A DNA stretch of 64,000 bases from an uncultured Actinomycetes bacterium. Its GTDB lineage: Bacteria; Actinomycetota; Thermoleophilia; UBA2241. Under the pieces are notes generated by a model. It saw nothing but the letters and a program-made list of their open reading frames with translations, searched no databases and had not been told where the DNA came from. The position numbers and the translations under genes are program-made. The stretch is taken from assembly GCA_963767005.1 (NCBI GenBank), contig CAVYCN010000003.1, positions 1 to 64,000 on the forward strand, read 5' to 3'. Of the stretch, positions 19,797-29,583 are shown piece by piece (positions within the stretch are counted from its first letter, which is position 1; each line of letters begins with the position of its first letter).

Positions 19797-21272
19797 TTGA
19801 CAGTCGCGGCGGACGTGGTCCGGATACTCGGTCTTGGCATCCCTTGGTGGATCGCTGCGCCGCTGCTCGTCTACTGGCTGGTTGTCATCGTGCTGGTCAT
19901 TTCCGACGACCGCGAGCCTGCCAGCACACTGCTCTGGCTCGCCGCTCTCGTCTTCCTGCCCGGCGTCGGCGTCGTGCTCTTCCTGTTCTTCGGGCGCGAC
20001 TGGAAGGTGATCACGGCCCGCAGGCGCTGGGCTCAGTCCTATGTCGGAATGGTGCTCGCTGCGATGCGCCCGGTCTACGATCACAACCAGGCCGCCGACC
20101 GGCTGTTCCGGGAGCGCTACCCCCGCGGCCTCGCCACCGACATCGCCACCACGATCCAGCAGGAGAACGGCTCGCGCCCACTTCCCGCCGAGAGCGTCGA
20201 GGTCTTCGCCGACGGCGCCACATACTTCGCTCGTCTTGAGCAGGACCTGGCGAGCGCCCGCAGCTTCGTCCACCTCGACTTCTTCATCTGGGAGCACGAT
20301 GCACTCACGACGCGCATCACCGAGGTCCTGCTGGAGCGGCTGCGGGCCGGCGTCGAGGTGCGCATCGTCTACGACCTGCTGGGCAGCATGCGGTACAGCA
20401 AGGCGGAGCTCAGGCGGCTGAAGGCCGGCGGCGCCCGGGTCAGCGCCGACGTCTGGCAGCTCTTCAAGCTCAACTACCGCAACCACCTGAAGATCGCCGT
20501 GATCGACGGCACGATCGGCTTCACCGGCGGAGCCAACCTCGGCCAGGAGTACATCGACGGGGGCCGCAGGTTCCCCACCTGGCGTGACACCAACATCCGC
20601 ATCACGGGGCAAGCCGTGGCCGAGCTGCAGAAGCTCTTTGCCATGCGCTGGTTCGAAAACGAGCGCGAGGACGTCCTGCAGGAGCGCTATCTGCCGCTCG
20701 CCGTCGATGCGCGTCCGGAACGCTGCGTGCCCACCCAGCTCGTCGCCCACACGATCGAGCTACCCTGGGAGGCCGCGCGCCGCGCCCACATGATCGCCAT
20801 CTCGCGGGCCGAACGGACGCTGCGCATCCAGTCGCCCTACTTCGTGCCCGACCGCGCCACCTACGATGCCATGATCAACGCCGCGCTGAGCGGCGTCGAC
20901 CTCAAGCTCATGATGACCGGCTGGGTCGACCAGCACCTGCCCTTCTGGGCGGCGCAGACCTACTACGAGCCGCTGCTGCGTGCCGGCGGGCACATCTACC
21001 AGTACACCGCCGGCTTCTTCCACGCCAAGACAATCGCCGTCGACTCGAGCATCTGCGCCGTTGGCACCATGAACCTCGACAACCGGAGCCTGCGGCTCCA
21101 CAAGGAGCTCATGGAGTGGATCTACGACGCCGCGCTCACCAGGCGGCTCGAGGAGATCTTCGACGCCGACCTTGAGCAGTGTCGCGAGGTGACCCTCGAT
21201 GACGTTCGCTCGGTCGGTCCGCTGAAGCACTTCCGCAACTCCTGCGCGCGGCTGTTCTCGGCCGAGATCTGA
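19797..21272 (+). CDS. cls: Cardiolipin synthase
   Basis: Two N-terminal TM helices (PLDc_N); HKD motifs RNHLKIAVID and FHAKTIAVD. Confidence 0.92.
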   Translation: MTVAADVVRILGLGIPWWIAAPLLVYWLVVIVLVISDDREPASTLLWLAALVFLPGVGVVLFLFFGRDWKVITARRRWAQSYVGMVLAAMRPVYDHNQAADRLFRERYPRGLATDIATTIQQENGSRPLPAESVEVFADGATYFARLEQDLASARSFVHLDFFIWEHDALTTRITEVLLERLRAGVEVRIVYDLLGSMRYSKAELRRLKAGGARVSADVWQLFKLNYRNHLKIAVIDGTIGFTGGANLGQEYIDGGRRFPTWRDTNIRITGQAVAELQKLFAMRWFENEREDVLQERYLPLAVDARPERCVPTQLVAHTIELPWEAARRAHMIAISRAERTLRIQSPYFVPDRATYDAMINAALSGVDLKLMMTGWVDQHLPFWAAQTYYEPLLRAGGHIYQYTAGFFHAKTIAVDSSICAVGTMNLDNRSLRLHKELMEWIYDAALTRRLEEIFDADLEQCREVTLDDVRSVGPLKHFRNSCARLFSAEI

Positions 21273-21382
21273 CGGCGCAGATTCTGCCGCAACGCCAAGC
21301 CATGCCGTCGATCGACGATCTGGGTCTAACCCGGTCCGAAACGGGGGCAGTCCGACCCGGGCACACTCGCCGGCAGCCATCG

Positions 21383-21414
21383 TTCATACCATCCGGTCGA
21401 TGCCGGCTCATCCT
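21383..21414 (+). promoter_or_regulatory. 32-bp operator/promoter motif, copy 3
   Basis: TTCATACCATCCGGTCGATGCCGGCTCATCCT, 21 bp before the ATG at 21436. Confidence 0.75.
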
Positions 21415-21435
21415 TTTCGGGGCGATGCTGGCGTC

Positions 21436-21681
21436 ATGGACACATCAGCACAGCCACTGAACTACGAGATCCACATCCGCGGGGCGCTGGGCGAGACGCT
21501 GCTCAGTGCCTTTCCCGGTCTGGATGCCACGCGACGGGACGGCGAGACGGTACTCAGCGGGGTGCTGTCCGACCAATCCGCTCTCTTCGGCGTGCTTGCC
21601 CAGATCGAGGCGCTTGGCCTCGAGCTGCTCGAGATCCGTAGCGTCCGGTCCACGAAGGAGCCTATCAGGCGGAAGAAGTGA
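21436..21681 (+). CDS. Small conserved hypothetical protein (ferredoxin/ACT-like fold suspected)
   Basis: YEIHIRGALGETLLSAFPGL...TVLSGVLSDQSALFGVLAQIEALGLELLEIR, a type recalled next to actinobacterial MalT-like genes. Confidence 0.75.
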   Translation: MDTSAQPLNYEIHIRGALGETLLSAFPGLDATRRDGETVLSGVLSDQSALFGVLAQIEALGLELLEIRSVRSTKEPIRRKK

Positions 21682-21783
21682 CGGCGGCTCAGCGCCCGAG
21701 GCGCACGGCTTCGGGCTTACCCAGATAACCGGCACCGATGCGGTCGCCAAGAGACTTCGGTGCGAACCACAGGAGGCACAACG

Positions 21784-23863
21784 ATGACTGAACAACGACA
21801 TGCGGAAGAGCACGACACGTCTCAAGCGTCGTCCAAGGAAAGCAGAGCCCGCAACCGTGGAGAACCGACGGGACCGGCTTGGCGCCTGGAGGGCAAACCC
21901 GCTGGCGGCAAGAGTGGGTCCGGCCAGCAGCTGCCGGGCGAGCCCCCGCCCGGTCTGCGGTGGGGCCGGGTCCTGTTGGTCCTGCTGGGGCTGCTCGCAC
22001 TCAACTGGCTGATCGCCAGCGTGTTCTTCAACCAGGCGACCATCCTGCCGGTCTCCTACAGCTTCTTCCGCCAGGAGGTGCAGGCCGGCAACGTGACCCA
22101 GATCACCGCCACCGGCAACGCCGTCCAAGGCACCTTCAAAACGGGCGTCACATCCTCGCAGGCAAACGGCCAGAAGTCCGCGCAGAACGCGGCCACCTAC
22201 ACCCGTTTCCAGACACAGCTGCCCGGCTTCGGCACCGGTGACCTCATGCCGCTTTTGCAGTCCAAGGGCGTCCAGGTGACCGCCCACCCACAGGGGACTC
22301 CGCACTGGGAGACGCTGCTCATCTGGGTGGCTCCGGCGCTGCTCTTCTGGGGTCTGCTGGTCTGGGGGTCACGGCGCGCGCAGGCGGCCGGCGGTGGGGC
22401 GGAAGCGGCATGATCTCCGTGTTCGGCAAGTCCAAGGCCCACCGCTACGAGGGCAGCGAGCAGCGCACCACCTTCTCAGATGTGGCCGGTATCGACGAGG
22501 CCAAGGAGGAGCTCTCCGAGGTCGTCGACTTCCTGCGCCGTCCCGAGCGCTACCGCAAGCTCGGCGCCCGCATCCCGCGCGGCGTGCTGCTCTCCGGACA
22601 ACCCGGCACCGGCAAGACGCTGCTCGCCCGGGCCGTGGCCGGCGAGGCCAAGGTGCCCTTCTTCTGGCTGAGTGCCTCGGAGTTTGTCGAGATGTTCGTG
22701 GGCGTCGGCGCGAGCCGCGTGCGTGACCTCTTCAAGCAGGCCAAGGACTCGGCCCCGGCCATCGTCTTCATCGACGAGCTCGACGCCATCGGCCGCTCGC
22801 GCTCGGCGGGCGGCGCCATGGGCGGTAACGACGAGCGCGAGCAGACCTTGAACCAGATCCTCACCGAGATGGACGGCTTCACCGGCCAGGAAGGCGTCAT
22901 CGTGATGGCCGCCACCAACCGTCCCGAGGTCCTCGATTCCGCCCTGCTGCGTCCGGGGCGCTTCGATCGGCGCATCGTCGTCAACCCGCCCGACCAGAAG
23001 GGCCGCGCGGCGATCGTTGCTGTGCACACCTCGCGAGGTGCCCCTGGCCGCCGACGTCGACCTCGAGCGGATCGCCGCAGACACGCCCGGGCATGGCTGG
23101 CGCCGACCTTGCCAACCTAGTCAACGAAGCCGCCCTGGCGGCTGCGCGGCGCGGCGAGCAGGCCGTCCATGGCCAGGACTTCTCAGACGCTCTGGAGCGC
23201 ATCATTCTCGGCTCGGCGCGGCGTCTCATCCTCTCGCCGCTGGAGCGCGAGCGTACCGCCTACCACGAGTCAGGTCATGCCTTGCTCGGCATGTTGCAGC
23301 CCGGTGCCGATCGCGTGCGCAAGATCACGATCGTGCCCCACGGCCAGGCCCTCGGGGTCACCTTCCAGAGCCCGACCAGCGACGTCTACGGCTACGACGC
23401 CTCCTATCTGAAGGGCCGCATCACGGGCGCCCTGGGTGGACGCGCCGCCGAGGAGCTCATCTACCACGAGACCACGACGGGGCCCGAGAACGACCTCGAG
23501 CAGGCCACGGCGATCGCCCGTCAGATGGTGGGCCGCTGGGGCATGAGCGAGGCGGTCGGGCCGGTCAGCGTGCTGCCGCGCGACGGCCAGCAGAGCTTCT
23601 CGTTTGACGCATCGGCACCCTCTGACGAGACCCGCAAGCTGGTCGACGACGAGGTGCGACGGATCCTCGACGACTGCTCGGGCAGCGCGAGCAAGGTGCT
23701 GGCCGACAACCGCGACAGGCTCGACGCCCTGGCCCACGCCTTGCTCGAGCGCGAGACGCTCGACGAGGAGGAGGCCTACGCCATCGCGGGCGTCGCGCAC
23801 ACCAAGAGCGAGGGGGCCGAGCAGGCCACGGCGGCTGTGGCCGTCGATGCTGCGGTGAGATGA
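21784..23863 (+). CDS. ftsH: ATP-dependent zinc metalloprotease FtsH paralog, frameshifted near 22400 and 23030-23090
   Basis: Two TMs, [54 protein letters not shown]. Confidence 0.92.
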
Positions 23864-24019
23864 GGCTAACGGACCAGGGCTGAGGCGACGTATGTCGCAG
23901 AAGTCAGAAGTCCGGCTCCACGCCGGGGAGGTGCTCGAGATAAGGCGACGCGTCAAGGTGGCACGATGCGCCACGACAGCGAATGGTCAATGAGACAACA
24001 CAAACGAGAGGACCCGGAC

Positions 24020-24337
24020 ATGAACGAGAAGGCAAAGCAGACCACCGAGCGGGCCAAGGCCAAGGCCGCCGAGATCGTCGAGAAGGCAGAGGCTCAGGGG
24101 GCCGAGCTGATGGAGCTCGCCAAGGCGAAGGGGGCCGACCTGCGCGAGACGGCCAAGAAGCAGGCGGCCGACCTGCGCGAGACGGCGCGAAGGGACGCAG
24201 CCGAACTGCGCGAGAAGGCCAAGAAGCAGACGGCCGACCTGCGCGAGACGGCCAAGAAGCAGACGGCCGACCTGCGCGAGAAGGCGCAGAAGGAGGCCGG
24301 CGAACACCTGGCCAACATCAGGAGCAAGGTCAGCTAG
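24020..24337 (+). CDS. Small hydrophilic protein with 11-aa tandem repeats (LEA/apolipoprotein-like)
   Basis: ADLRETAKKQA-type repeat five times; GAGGA RBS; followed by a hairpin. Confidence 0.75.
   Translation: MNEKAKQTTERAKAKAAEIVEKAEAQGAELMELAKAKGADLRETAKKQAADLRETARRDAAELREKAKKQTADLRETAKKQTADLREKAQKEAGEHLANIRSKVS
24134..24298 (+). repeat. Five 33-bp coding tandem repeats
   Basis: GCCGACCTGCGCGAGACGGCCAAGAAGCAG-type units at 24134, 24167, 24200, 24233, 24266. Confidence 0.9.
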
Positions 24338-24359
24338 GTCGGAGCGAATCTCCGCCCGT

Positions 24360-24401
24360 AAGGAAGGGGCGGCCCGCTGGAAGCTGGGCCGCCCCTTCCT
24401 T
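24360..24401 (+). terminator. Strong hairpin, probable terminator
   Basis: AAGGAAGGGGCGGCCC-N10-GGGCCGCCCCTTCCTT, 16-bp stem. Confidence 0.7.
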
Positions 24402-24426
24402 CTGAAACGACTAGGAGGTGATATCG

Positions 24427-25116
24427 ATGATCCCGCTCACAGGCGATCTTCCACAGCGACGGTTCCCTATCGTCAACGCGACGCTGATCGCGATGAACTT
24501 CGCGGTCTTCGTCCTTTACGAGTTGCCGAACCCGAATGGCGCGATCCTGCACGCCTCGTTCTATCCGGCCACGCTCAGAGGCTGGCACGGGCCGGAGCCC
24601 TGGGAGGTGAGCTGGATCACGGCCATGTTCTTGCACGCCGGCTGGAGCCACATCCTCGGCAACATGCTGTTCCTCTTTGTCTTCGGCAACGACGTGGAAC
24701 GGGCCTTCGGTCGGCTGCGCTACCTCGTCTTCTACTTCGCCGGCGGCTTTGCTGCGATGCTGATGCAGGCGGCCATGACGCTGCTCTTCTCGAGTGCGGC
24801 CGCGGCGCGCATCCCCTGCCTCGGGGCGAGCGGTGCCATCGCGGCGGTGCTGGGCGCCTACTTCGTCCTCTACCCGCGCTCGCGCATCGTCCTGTTCCCG
24901 ATCCCCATCGTCCTGCCCGCCTGGCTCTTTCTGGGGTTCTGGTTCCTCTACCAGTTCGTCATGGCCATGAGCGGCCTGCTCGCGCCGGCCAACAACGGTG
25001 TCGCCTTCTTCGCGCATGTAGGCGGGTTCATCTTCGGACTCATGGTCACGAAGATCCTCCTGGACTCGAGCGGGCTCACCTGGACACCGAGGTACGGGAG
25101 GTGGGCTGATGTGTGA
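24427..25116 (+). CDS. Rhomboid family intramembrane serine protease
   Basis: TAMFLHAGWSHILGNMLFL, GASGAI, VAFFAHVGGF. Confidence 0.93.
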   Translation: MIPLTGDLPQRRFPIVNATLIAMNFAVFVLYELPNPNGAILHASFYPATLRGWHGPEPWEVSWITAMFLHAGWSHILGNMLFLFVFGNDVERAFGRLRYLVFYFAGGFAAMLMQAAMTLLFSSAAAARIPCLGASGAIAAVLGAYFVLYPRSRIVLFPIPIVLPAWLFLGFWFLYQFVMAMSGLLAPANNGVAFFAHVGGFIFGLMVTKILLDSSGLTWTPRYGRWADV

Positions 25117-25196
25117 CAGCGGGGTCCTGAAGCTTCCGGGCTGGAACGTCCTCAGCCCCTGGTTCCTTTGCCAGTCCGTCATATCAGCGTACTTCG

Positions 25197-26336
25197 GTGG
25201 CTGATCGCGACCTCAAGCGAGCTTCGTGTCAGCCGTTCACGCCGCCCGCTGGCGACCGACAGCCGGCACCGACGGCATCGGCGCGACACGCGGCGGTCCG
25301 CAGACTCCTCCTGCGCCGCGGCCTGCCGCTCGTGGTGACCGGCGTCTGTCTCTATCTCCTGCTGCCCAGCCTGCTCGCGGTCTTCGGCTCGTGGCACTCG
25401 CTAGCGCATCTCGCCTGGCCGTTTGCTGTCCTCTGCCTGGCCAGTGAGTCCGCTAGCTACGTCTGCCTGTGGGAGCTCGACCGCATCGCTCTGCGCGCAC
25501 ACCGGTGGTTTGTCGTCATCGCCGCGCAGCTCAGCGCCAACGCCGTCGGTCGCATCCTGCCGGGCGGCGGGGCCACCTTCGCGGCGTTTGCGGCCTCGAT
25601 GCTCAAGAAGGCCGGCTTCGACCCCGGCCAAGCTGTCACGGCGCTCGGGACCTCGAGCACGCTTCAGCTCGCGACGACCTTCGCCCTGCCCGTGTTCGCG
25701 CTGCCCGCCATCCTCGCCGGCGCGCCGGTCAGCCGCAGCCTGGTGACCGCCGCCTACCTCGGCCTGGTCGTCGTCCTGCTGCTCGCCGCGGCCGGCATAG
25801 CCGCGTTTGCAAGCGACGCGCCGCTCGAGCTTGCGGGCAAGGCGATCCAGCGGCTGGCGAACGCGACGATCCGACGACACAGTCCGATCAGCGGGCTCGA
25901 TACAAGCCTGCTGCAGCAACGCGACATCATGTGCCAGACCCTGAGGGAGCGGTGGAAGGCAGCGACGCTGGCCGCTGCTGGCAACACCGGCTTCGACTAC
26001 CTTGCGCTGCTGTTGGCGCTGCGCGCCGTGGGCGCCGACCCGCGACCCTCACTGGTCCTGCTCGCCTACGTGGCGGCTGCACTGGTGGCGCTGGTACCGC
26101 TCACCCCCGGAGGCCTGGGCTTCGTCGAGGCCGGGCTCGTCGGGATGTTCACACTCGCCGGCGTGCCGGGCCACGAGGCGCTGGCGGCGACGCTGCTCTA
26201 CCGCCTCGCCTCCTTCTGGCTGCCGCTCCCGGCCGGGGGCCTCTCCTACGTGCTGTTCCAGCGCCGCTACGGCCGCCTTCATCAGCCCCCTGAAGCGGAG
26301 CACGCTGAGGCCTGTGTGATGGCACGAGATCGCTAG
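25197..26336 (+). CDS. Lysylphosphatidylglycerol synthase TM / flippase-like (YbhN) protein
   Basis: PLTPGGLGFVE, ATLLYRLASFWLP. Confidence 0.85.
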   Translation: MADRDLKRASCQPFTPPAGDRQPAPTASARHAAVRRLLLRRGLPLVVTGVCLYLLLPSLLAVFGSWHSLAHLAWPFAVLCLASESASYVCLWELDRIALRAHRWFVVIAAQLSANAVGRILPGGGATFAAFAASMLKKAGFDPGQAVTALGTSSTLQLATTFALPVFALPAILAGAPVSRSLVTAAYLGLVVVLLLAAAGIAAFASDAPLELAGKAIQRLANATIRRHSPISGLDTSLLQQRDIMCQTLRERWKAATLAAAGNTGFDYLALLLALRAVGADPRPSLVLLAYVAAALVALVPLTPGGLGFVEAGLVGMFTLAGVPGHEALAATLLYRLASFWLPLPAGGLSYVLFQRRYGRLHQPPEAEHAEACVMARDR

Positions 26337-26353
26337 CGCAAGGAGGATCCAGA

Positions 26354-27202
26354 TTGACCGAGTCGCAGCAGCCTACCGCCGCGGTCCCGTCGCCGAGTCA
26401 GGAGGAATCGCTCGCCCGGCGGCGCTCGGTGGCCACCATCGCCGAGGCGACGCACACCGCTTCCCAGCTGCGCTCGATGCTGCAGTTCCACGACGACCGC
26501 TACCGCTGGCGTCGCCTGTTCGCGGAGCTGCTCGGCACCTTCATGTTGGTCTTCGTGGCTGCCGGCGGCGGCATCGTCAAGGCCAGGTTCGGTGGCAGCG
26601 TAATCCCGCAGTTCGTCTTAGTGACGGCGCCCGGCATGATGGTGCTCGGCATCATCCTGTTCATGGGGGCCGTCTCGGGCGCCCACCTCAACCCAGCAGT
26701 CAGCCTGGCCTTTGCCATGCGCGGCGACTTTCCCTGGAAGCGCGTGCCGCTCTACATCGTGGCGCAGTTCGTGGGCGCCGTCCTGGCCACGCTGCTGCTC
26801 GTGGCGTTGCTTGGCAGGCAGGGCACGGCCGGCCTCACCCTGCCCGGGCGGGGGATCAGCGGCACGACCGCGCTGCTGTGGGAGATCGTGCTCAGCGCCG
26901 GTCTTGTGAGCGTCATTCTCGGCACCGCGTCGGGCGCTCAGGCGGTTGGCTGGGGCGCCGCCATCGGCGTGGGGAGCTTCATCGCGCTGGCCGGCATGAT
27001 CGGGGCTCCGGTGAGCGGCGCCTCAATGAACCCGGCGCGCTCACTGGGCCCAGCCATCGTCCTCTGGCACTTCAGCGACTGGTGGGTCTACCTGATCGGG
27101 CCGCTGCTCGGTGCCGTGATCGCCGTGGGCATCGCCTACGTGCTGCGCGGGCGGGGCGGCGACGAGACCGCGAGGCGTGCGGGTTCGGGGGCGCTGGGCT
27201 GA
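26354..27202 (+). CDS. Aquaporin (MIP family channel)
   Basis: SGAHLNPAV and SGASMNPARS NPA boxes; AELLGTF. Confidence 0.95.
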   Translation: MTESQQPTAAVPSPSQEESLARRRSVATIAEATHTASQLRSMLQFHDDRYRWRRLFAELLGTFMLVFVAAGGGIVKARFGGSVIPQFVLVTAPGMMVLGIILFMGAVSGAHLNPAVSLAFAMRGDFPWKRVPLYIVAQFVGAVLATLLLVALLGRQGTAGLTLPGRGISGTTALLWEIVLSAGLVSVILGTASGAQAVGWGAAIGVGSFIALAGMIGAPVSGASMNPARSLGPAIVLWHFSDWWVYLIGPLLGAVIAVGIAYVLRGRGGDETARRAGSGALG

Positions 27203-27340
27203 GGCGGCCCGCCGTGACAGCCAGGGACGACCCACCAGCGGTGCCGTCGCCTCGCCACGAAACTGCCCGGCGAGCTGCGTTTCAGGAGAAGCATCTGTTC
27301 CATACCCATCTCATCTGAAGCTCAGATAAAGGAGCGAGCG

Positions 27341-27988
27341 ATGAAACTGCTGGTGATAGGCGCGAGCGGCAAGACGGGGCATGAGGTGGTGCATCAGGCG
27401 CTGGCGGCCGGACACGAGGTGACCGCGTTTGTGCGCGATCCGGCACGACTGGCCGTCCGTGACGCACGCCTCTCCATCGCCACCGGCGACGCACGCAACA
27501 CCGACGACCTGCGACGCGCTCTCCAGGGGCAGGACGCCGTGATCGGCACCCTGGGCGGGCGGCCCCGACAGGCACTGGTCGATAGGCTGCGTGGCAGGCC
27601 GGACCACGTCATGGAGCGCTCGACGACGGCACTGGTCGCGGCGGCGAGCAAGGCCGGAGTCCGGCGCGTCGTGTTTCTGTCCACGTTCATGCTGGCCGAG
27701 AACTTTAGGGCGGGCATCCTGACGCCACTCATCGCCTTCTACAGGCCGATGAACGACGACAAGCGCGCCGGCGAGCAGGCCCTGCGGCGCTCTCAGCTGG
27801 ACTGGACGATCGTCTACGCCACGCGGCTGACCGACGGCCAGCGCTCCGGTCGAGAACGGCTCGTGCCGGCGACGGAGACCGTCACGGCGCGCAACGCCGT
27901 CTCGCGGGCCGACGTCGCCGCCTTCCTGCTCGCGCAGATCAACAAGGAGACGAGCATCGGTGAGTGCGTCGTGCTGACGGCGACCTGA
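27341..27988 (+). CDS. NAD(P)H-binding oxidoreductase (flavin reductase/BVR-B-like SDR)
   Basis: GASGKTG, HEVTAFVRDP, LDWTIV, VSRADVA. Confidence 0.9.
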   Translation: MKLLVIGASGKTGHEVVHQALAAGHEVTAFVRDPARLAVRDARLSIATGDARNTDDLRRALQGQDAVIGTLGGRPRQALVDRLRGRPDHVMERSTTALVAAASKAGVRRVVFLSTFMLAENFRAGILTPLIAFYRPMNDDKRAGEQALRRSQLDWTIVYATRLTDGQRSGRERLVPATETVTARNAVSRADVAAFLLAQINKETSIGECVVLTAT

Positions 27989-28305
27989 GGAGGCACGGTA
28001 AGTGACACGCCCGCCTTGCGGCCGACCAAGCCTCGACGCGCGCGCGCCTACACGAGCGACCGGGCAGGCGCCCGGCTCGGCACAAAGTGGCCGTTCCCAG
28101 CAGCGACCGGAGGGTCCTGTGCACAACGGTCAGGCTGCACGTCGCAGGGCAAGAAGGTTTGTGACGAACTGGACGACTCTCGAACCCTCGGGGGGGCGAC
28201 GTTTGGCGACTCCTCGATGGGCTGGCCGAAAACTCGCCGGGCAATCGCTCTGGGCCAGGCCATCAGCTCTCTTTCTCTTGTGATTCGCGGCGTGACACAC
28301 GCACG

Positions 28306-28337
28306 TTCATCCGATTCGAAGGATGCGTGCTCATCCC
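28306..28337 (+). promoter_or_regulatory. 32-bp operator/promoter motif, copy 4
   Basis: TTCATCCGATTCGAAGGATGCGTGCTCATCCC upstream of the DUF1269 gene. Confidence 0.75.
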
Positions 28338-28402
28338 TCCTCCGGTGACTATACAACCACCAAGGCATCAGACAGCTACGAGAGCAAAAGGGAGTGGTTG
28401 AC

Positions 28403-28987
28403 ATGCGCAAGGATCACAACGTCATAGCAGTCACCTTCGCTGAGGAGAGCAAGGCGTATCAGGCACTGAGCGAACTGCGCCAGGCAGACCGCGACGGCCG
28501 CGTCGACGTGCGCGGCGCGGCGATCGTCCAGCGGCAGCGCGAGGGGAACATCAGCATCAAGGAGGGCGACGAGAGCCTGATCGGCACCGGCGTGGCCGGT
28601 GGCGGCCTCATCGGCATGCTGGTCGGCGTGCTCGGTGGCCCGCTGGGAATGCTGCTCGGCTGGGGCGCCGGCATGGCCGTCGGAGCGGCTGTCGACCTCG
28701 ATCGTGCAGACGAAGCCGACGATGTCGTCAGCCAGATGAGCAAGACGATACCGGTCGGTGGCACGGCGATCATCGCTGAGGTCGATGAGTCCGCGGTCGA
28801 GGTGGTCGACGGCGAGATGGCCGCCCTCGATGGGACCGTCACCCGGCGCCCGGCCGCAGAGGTCCTGGCCGAGCTGGAAGCAGCGGAGAAGGCCGCCAAG
28901 GCCAGCGCAAAGGAGGCACGCCGGGTGCTAAGGGAGGCCAAGAAGGCGGAACGCGCCGAGAAGCACGGGCAGAGCAAGGAGAAGTGA
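28403..28987 (+). CDS. DUF1269 family glycine-zipper membrane protein
   Basis: VIAVTF..ESKAYQAL, GGLIGMLVGVLGGPLGMLLG, GGTAIIAEVDE. Confidence 0.85.
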   Translation: MRKDHNVIAVTFAEESKAYQALSELRQADRDGRVDVRGAAIVQRQREGNISIKEGDESLIGTGVAGGGLIGMLVGVLGGPLGMLLGWGAGMAVGAAVDLDRADEADDVVSQMSKTIPVGGTAIIAEVDESAVEVVDGEMAALDGTVTRRPAAEVLAELEAAEKAAKASAKEARRVLREAKKAERAEKHGQSKEK

Positions 28988-29093
28988 GACGAGCGCCTCT
29001 CCGCCCTCAAGGACAGGCGGAGCCGTCACGGCAAGGGTTCGGCCTAGGCCGAACCCGCTGCCGGTCGTCACACGCAAAGGATCGTCACAAGGC

Positions 29094-29124
29094 AAAGGGC
29101 TCCACTGTCTTGGTGGAGCCCTTT
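29094..29124 (+). terminator. Intrinsic terminator-like hairpin
   Basis: AAAGGGCTCCAC-N7-GTGGAGCCCTTT. Confidence 0.6.
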
Positions 29125-29159
29125 GAACAAAGCGTGTCATGGCGGGCTCTCTTGGAACA

Positions 29160-29583
29160 GAAGTAGCCCTGGACCGACGATCCGCAGGACCGCCGCCACG
29201 AGATCATGGTCGACAACCCGGCGCGACTCAAGCCAGGCCCGCGACGCCGGCAGTCGTGACTTCGAGGTGGTCAAGATCCGCTGTACCGGCGACGTGATCC
29301 TGAGCGACAAGGAGGCCGGCGGTGTCGACCCGGTCGAGGGCACCGGCCGCGTGAGCCCGGCGATCGCAGGCCGGCCACCTACGTCGACTCCTACGCCTGC
29401 AATGGAGGACTGATCATGCCCCTGTTCGATGATCCAAACGACGGATCGGCCGCGGCGGTGCTGCGGCGCCCGTATCCGGACCGCCGCAGCGTGACGGTCA
29501 CTGGTCGCGAGAACGTGCTGGGCGGCAGCAACGTGCACTGCATCACGCAGCAGCAGCCCTGGGAGGCCTACGATGAGTCATGA
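29160..29583 (+). pseudogene. aguA: Agmatine deiminase C-terminal remnant
   Basis: Across frames: WTDDPQD, GVDPVEGT, ATYVDSYACNGGLIMPLFDDPND, GGSNVHCITQQQP; N-terminal half absent. Confidence 0.85.

Noticed and set aside
21320-21356. IS3-like right end (GGTCCGAAACGGGGGCAGTCC)
   Set aside because: Loose resemblance only; lacks a clean terminal CA and any adjacent transposase sequence.
24134-24298. CRISPR array
   Set aside because: Contiguous in-frame 33-bp coding repeats with no unique spacers and no cas genes.
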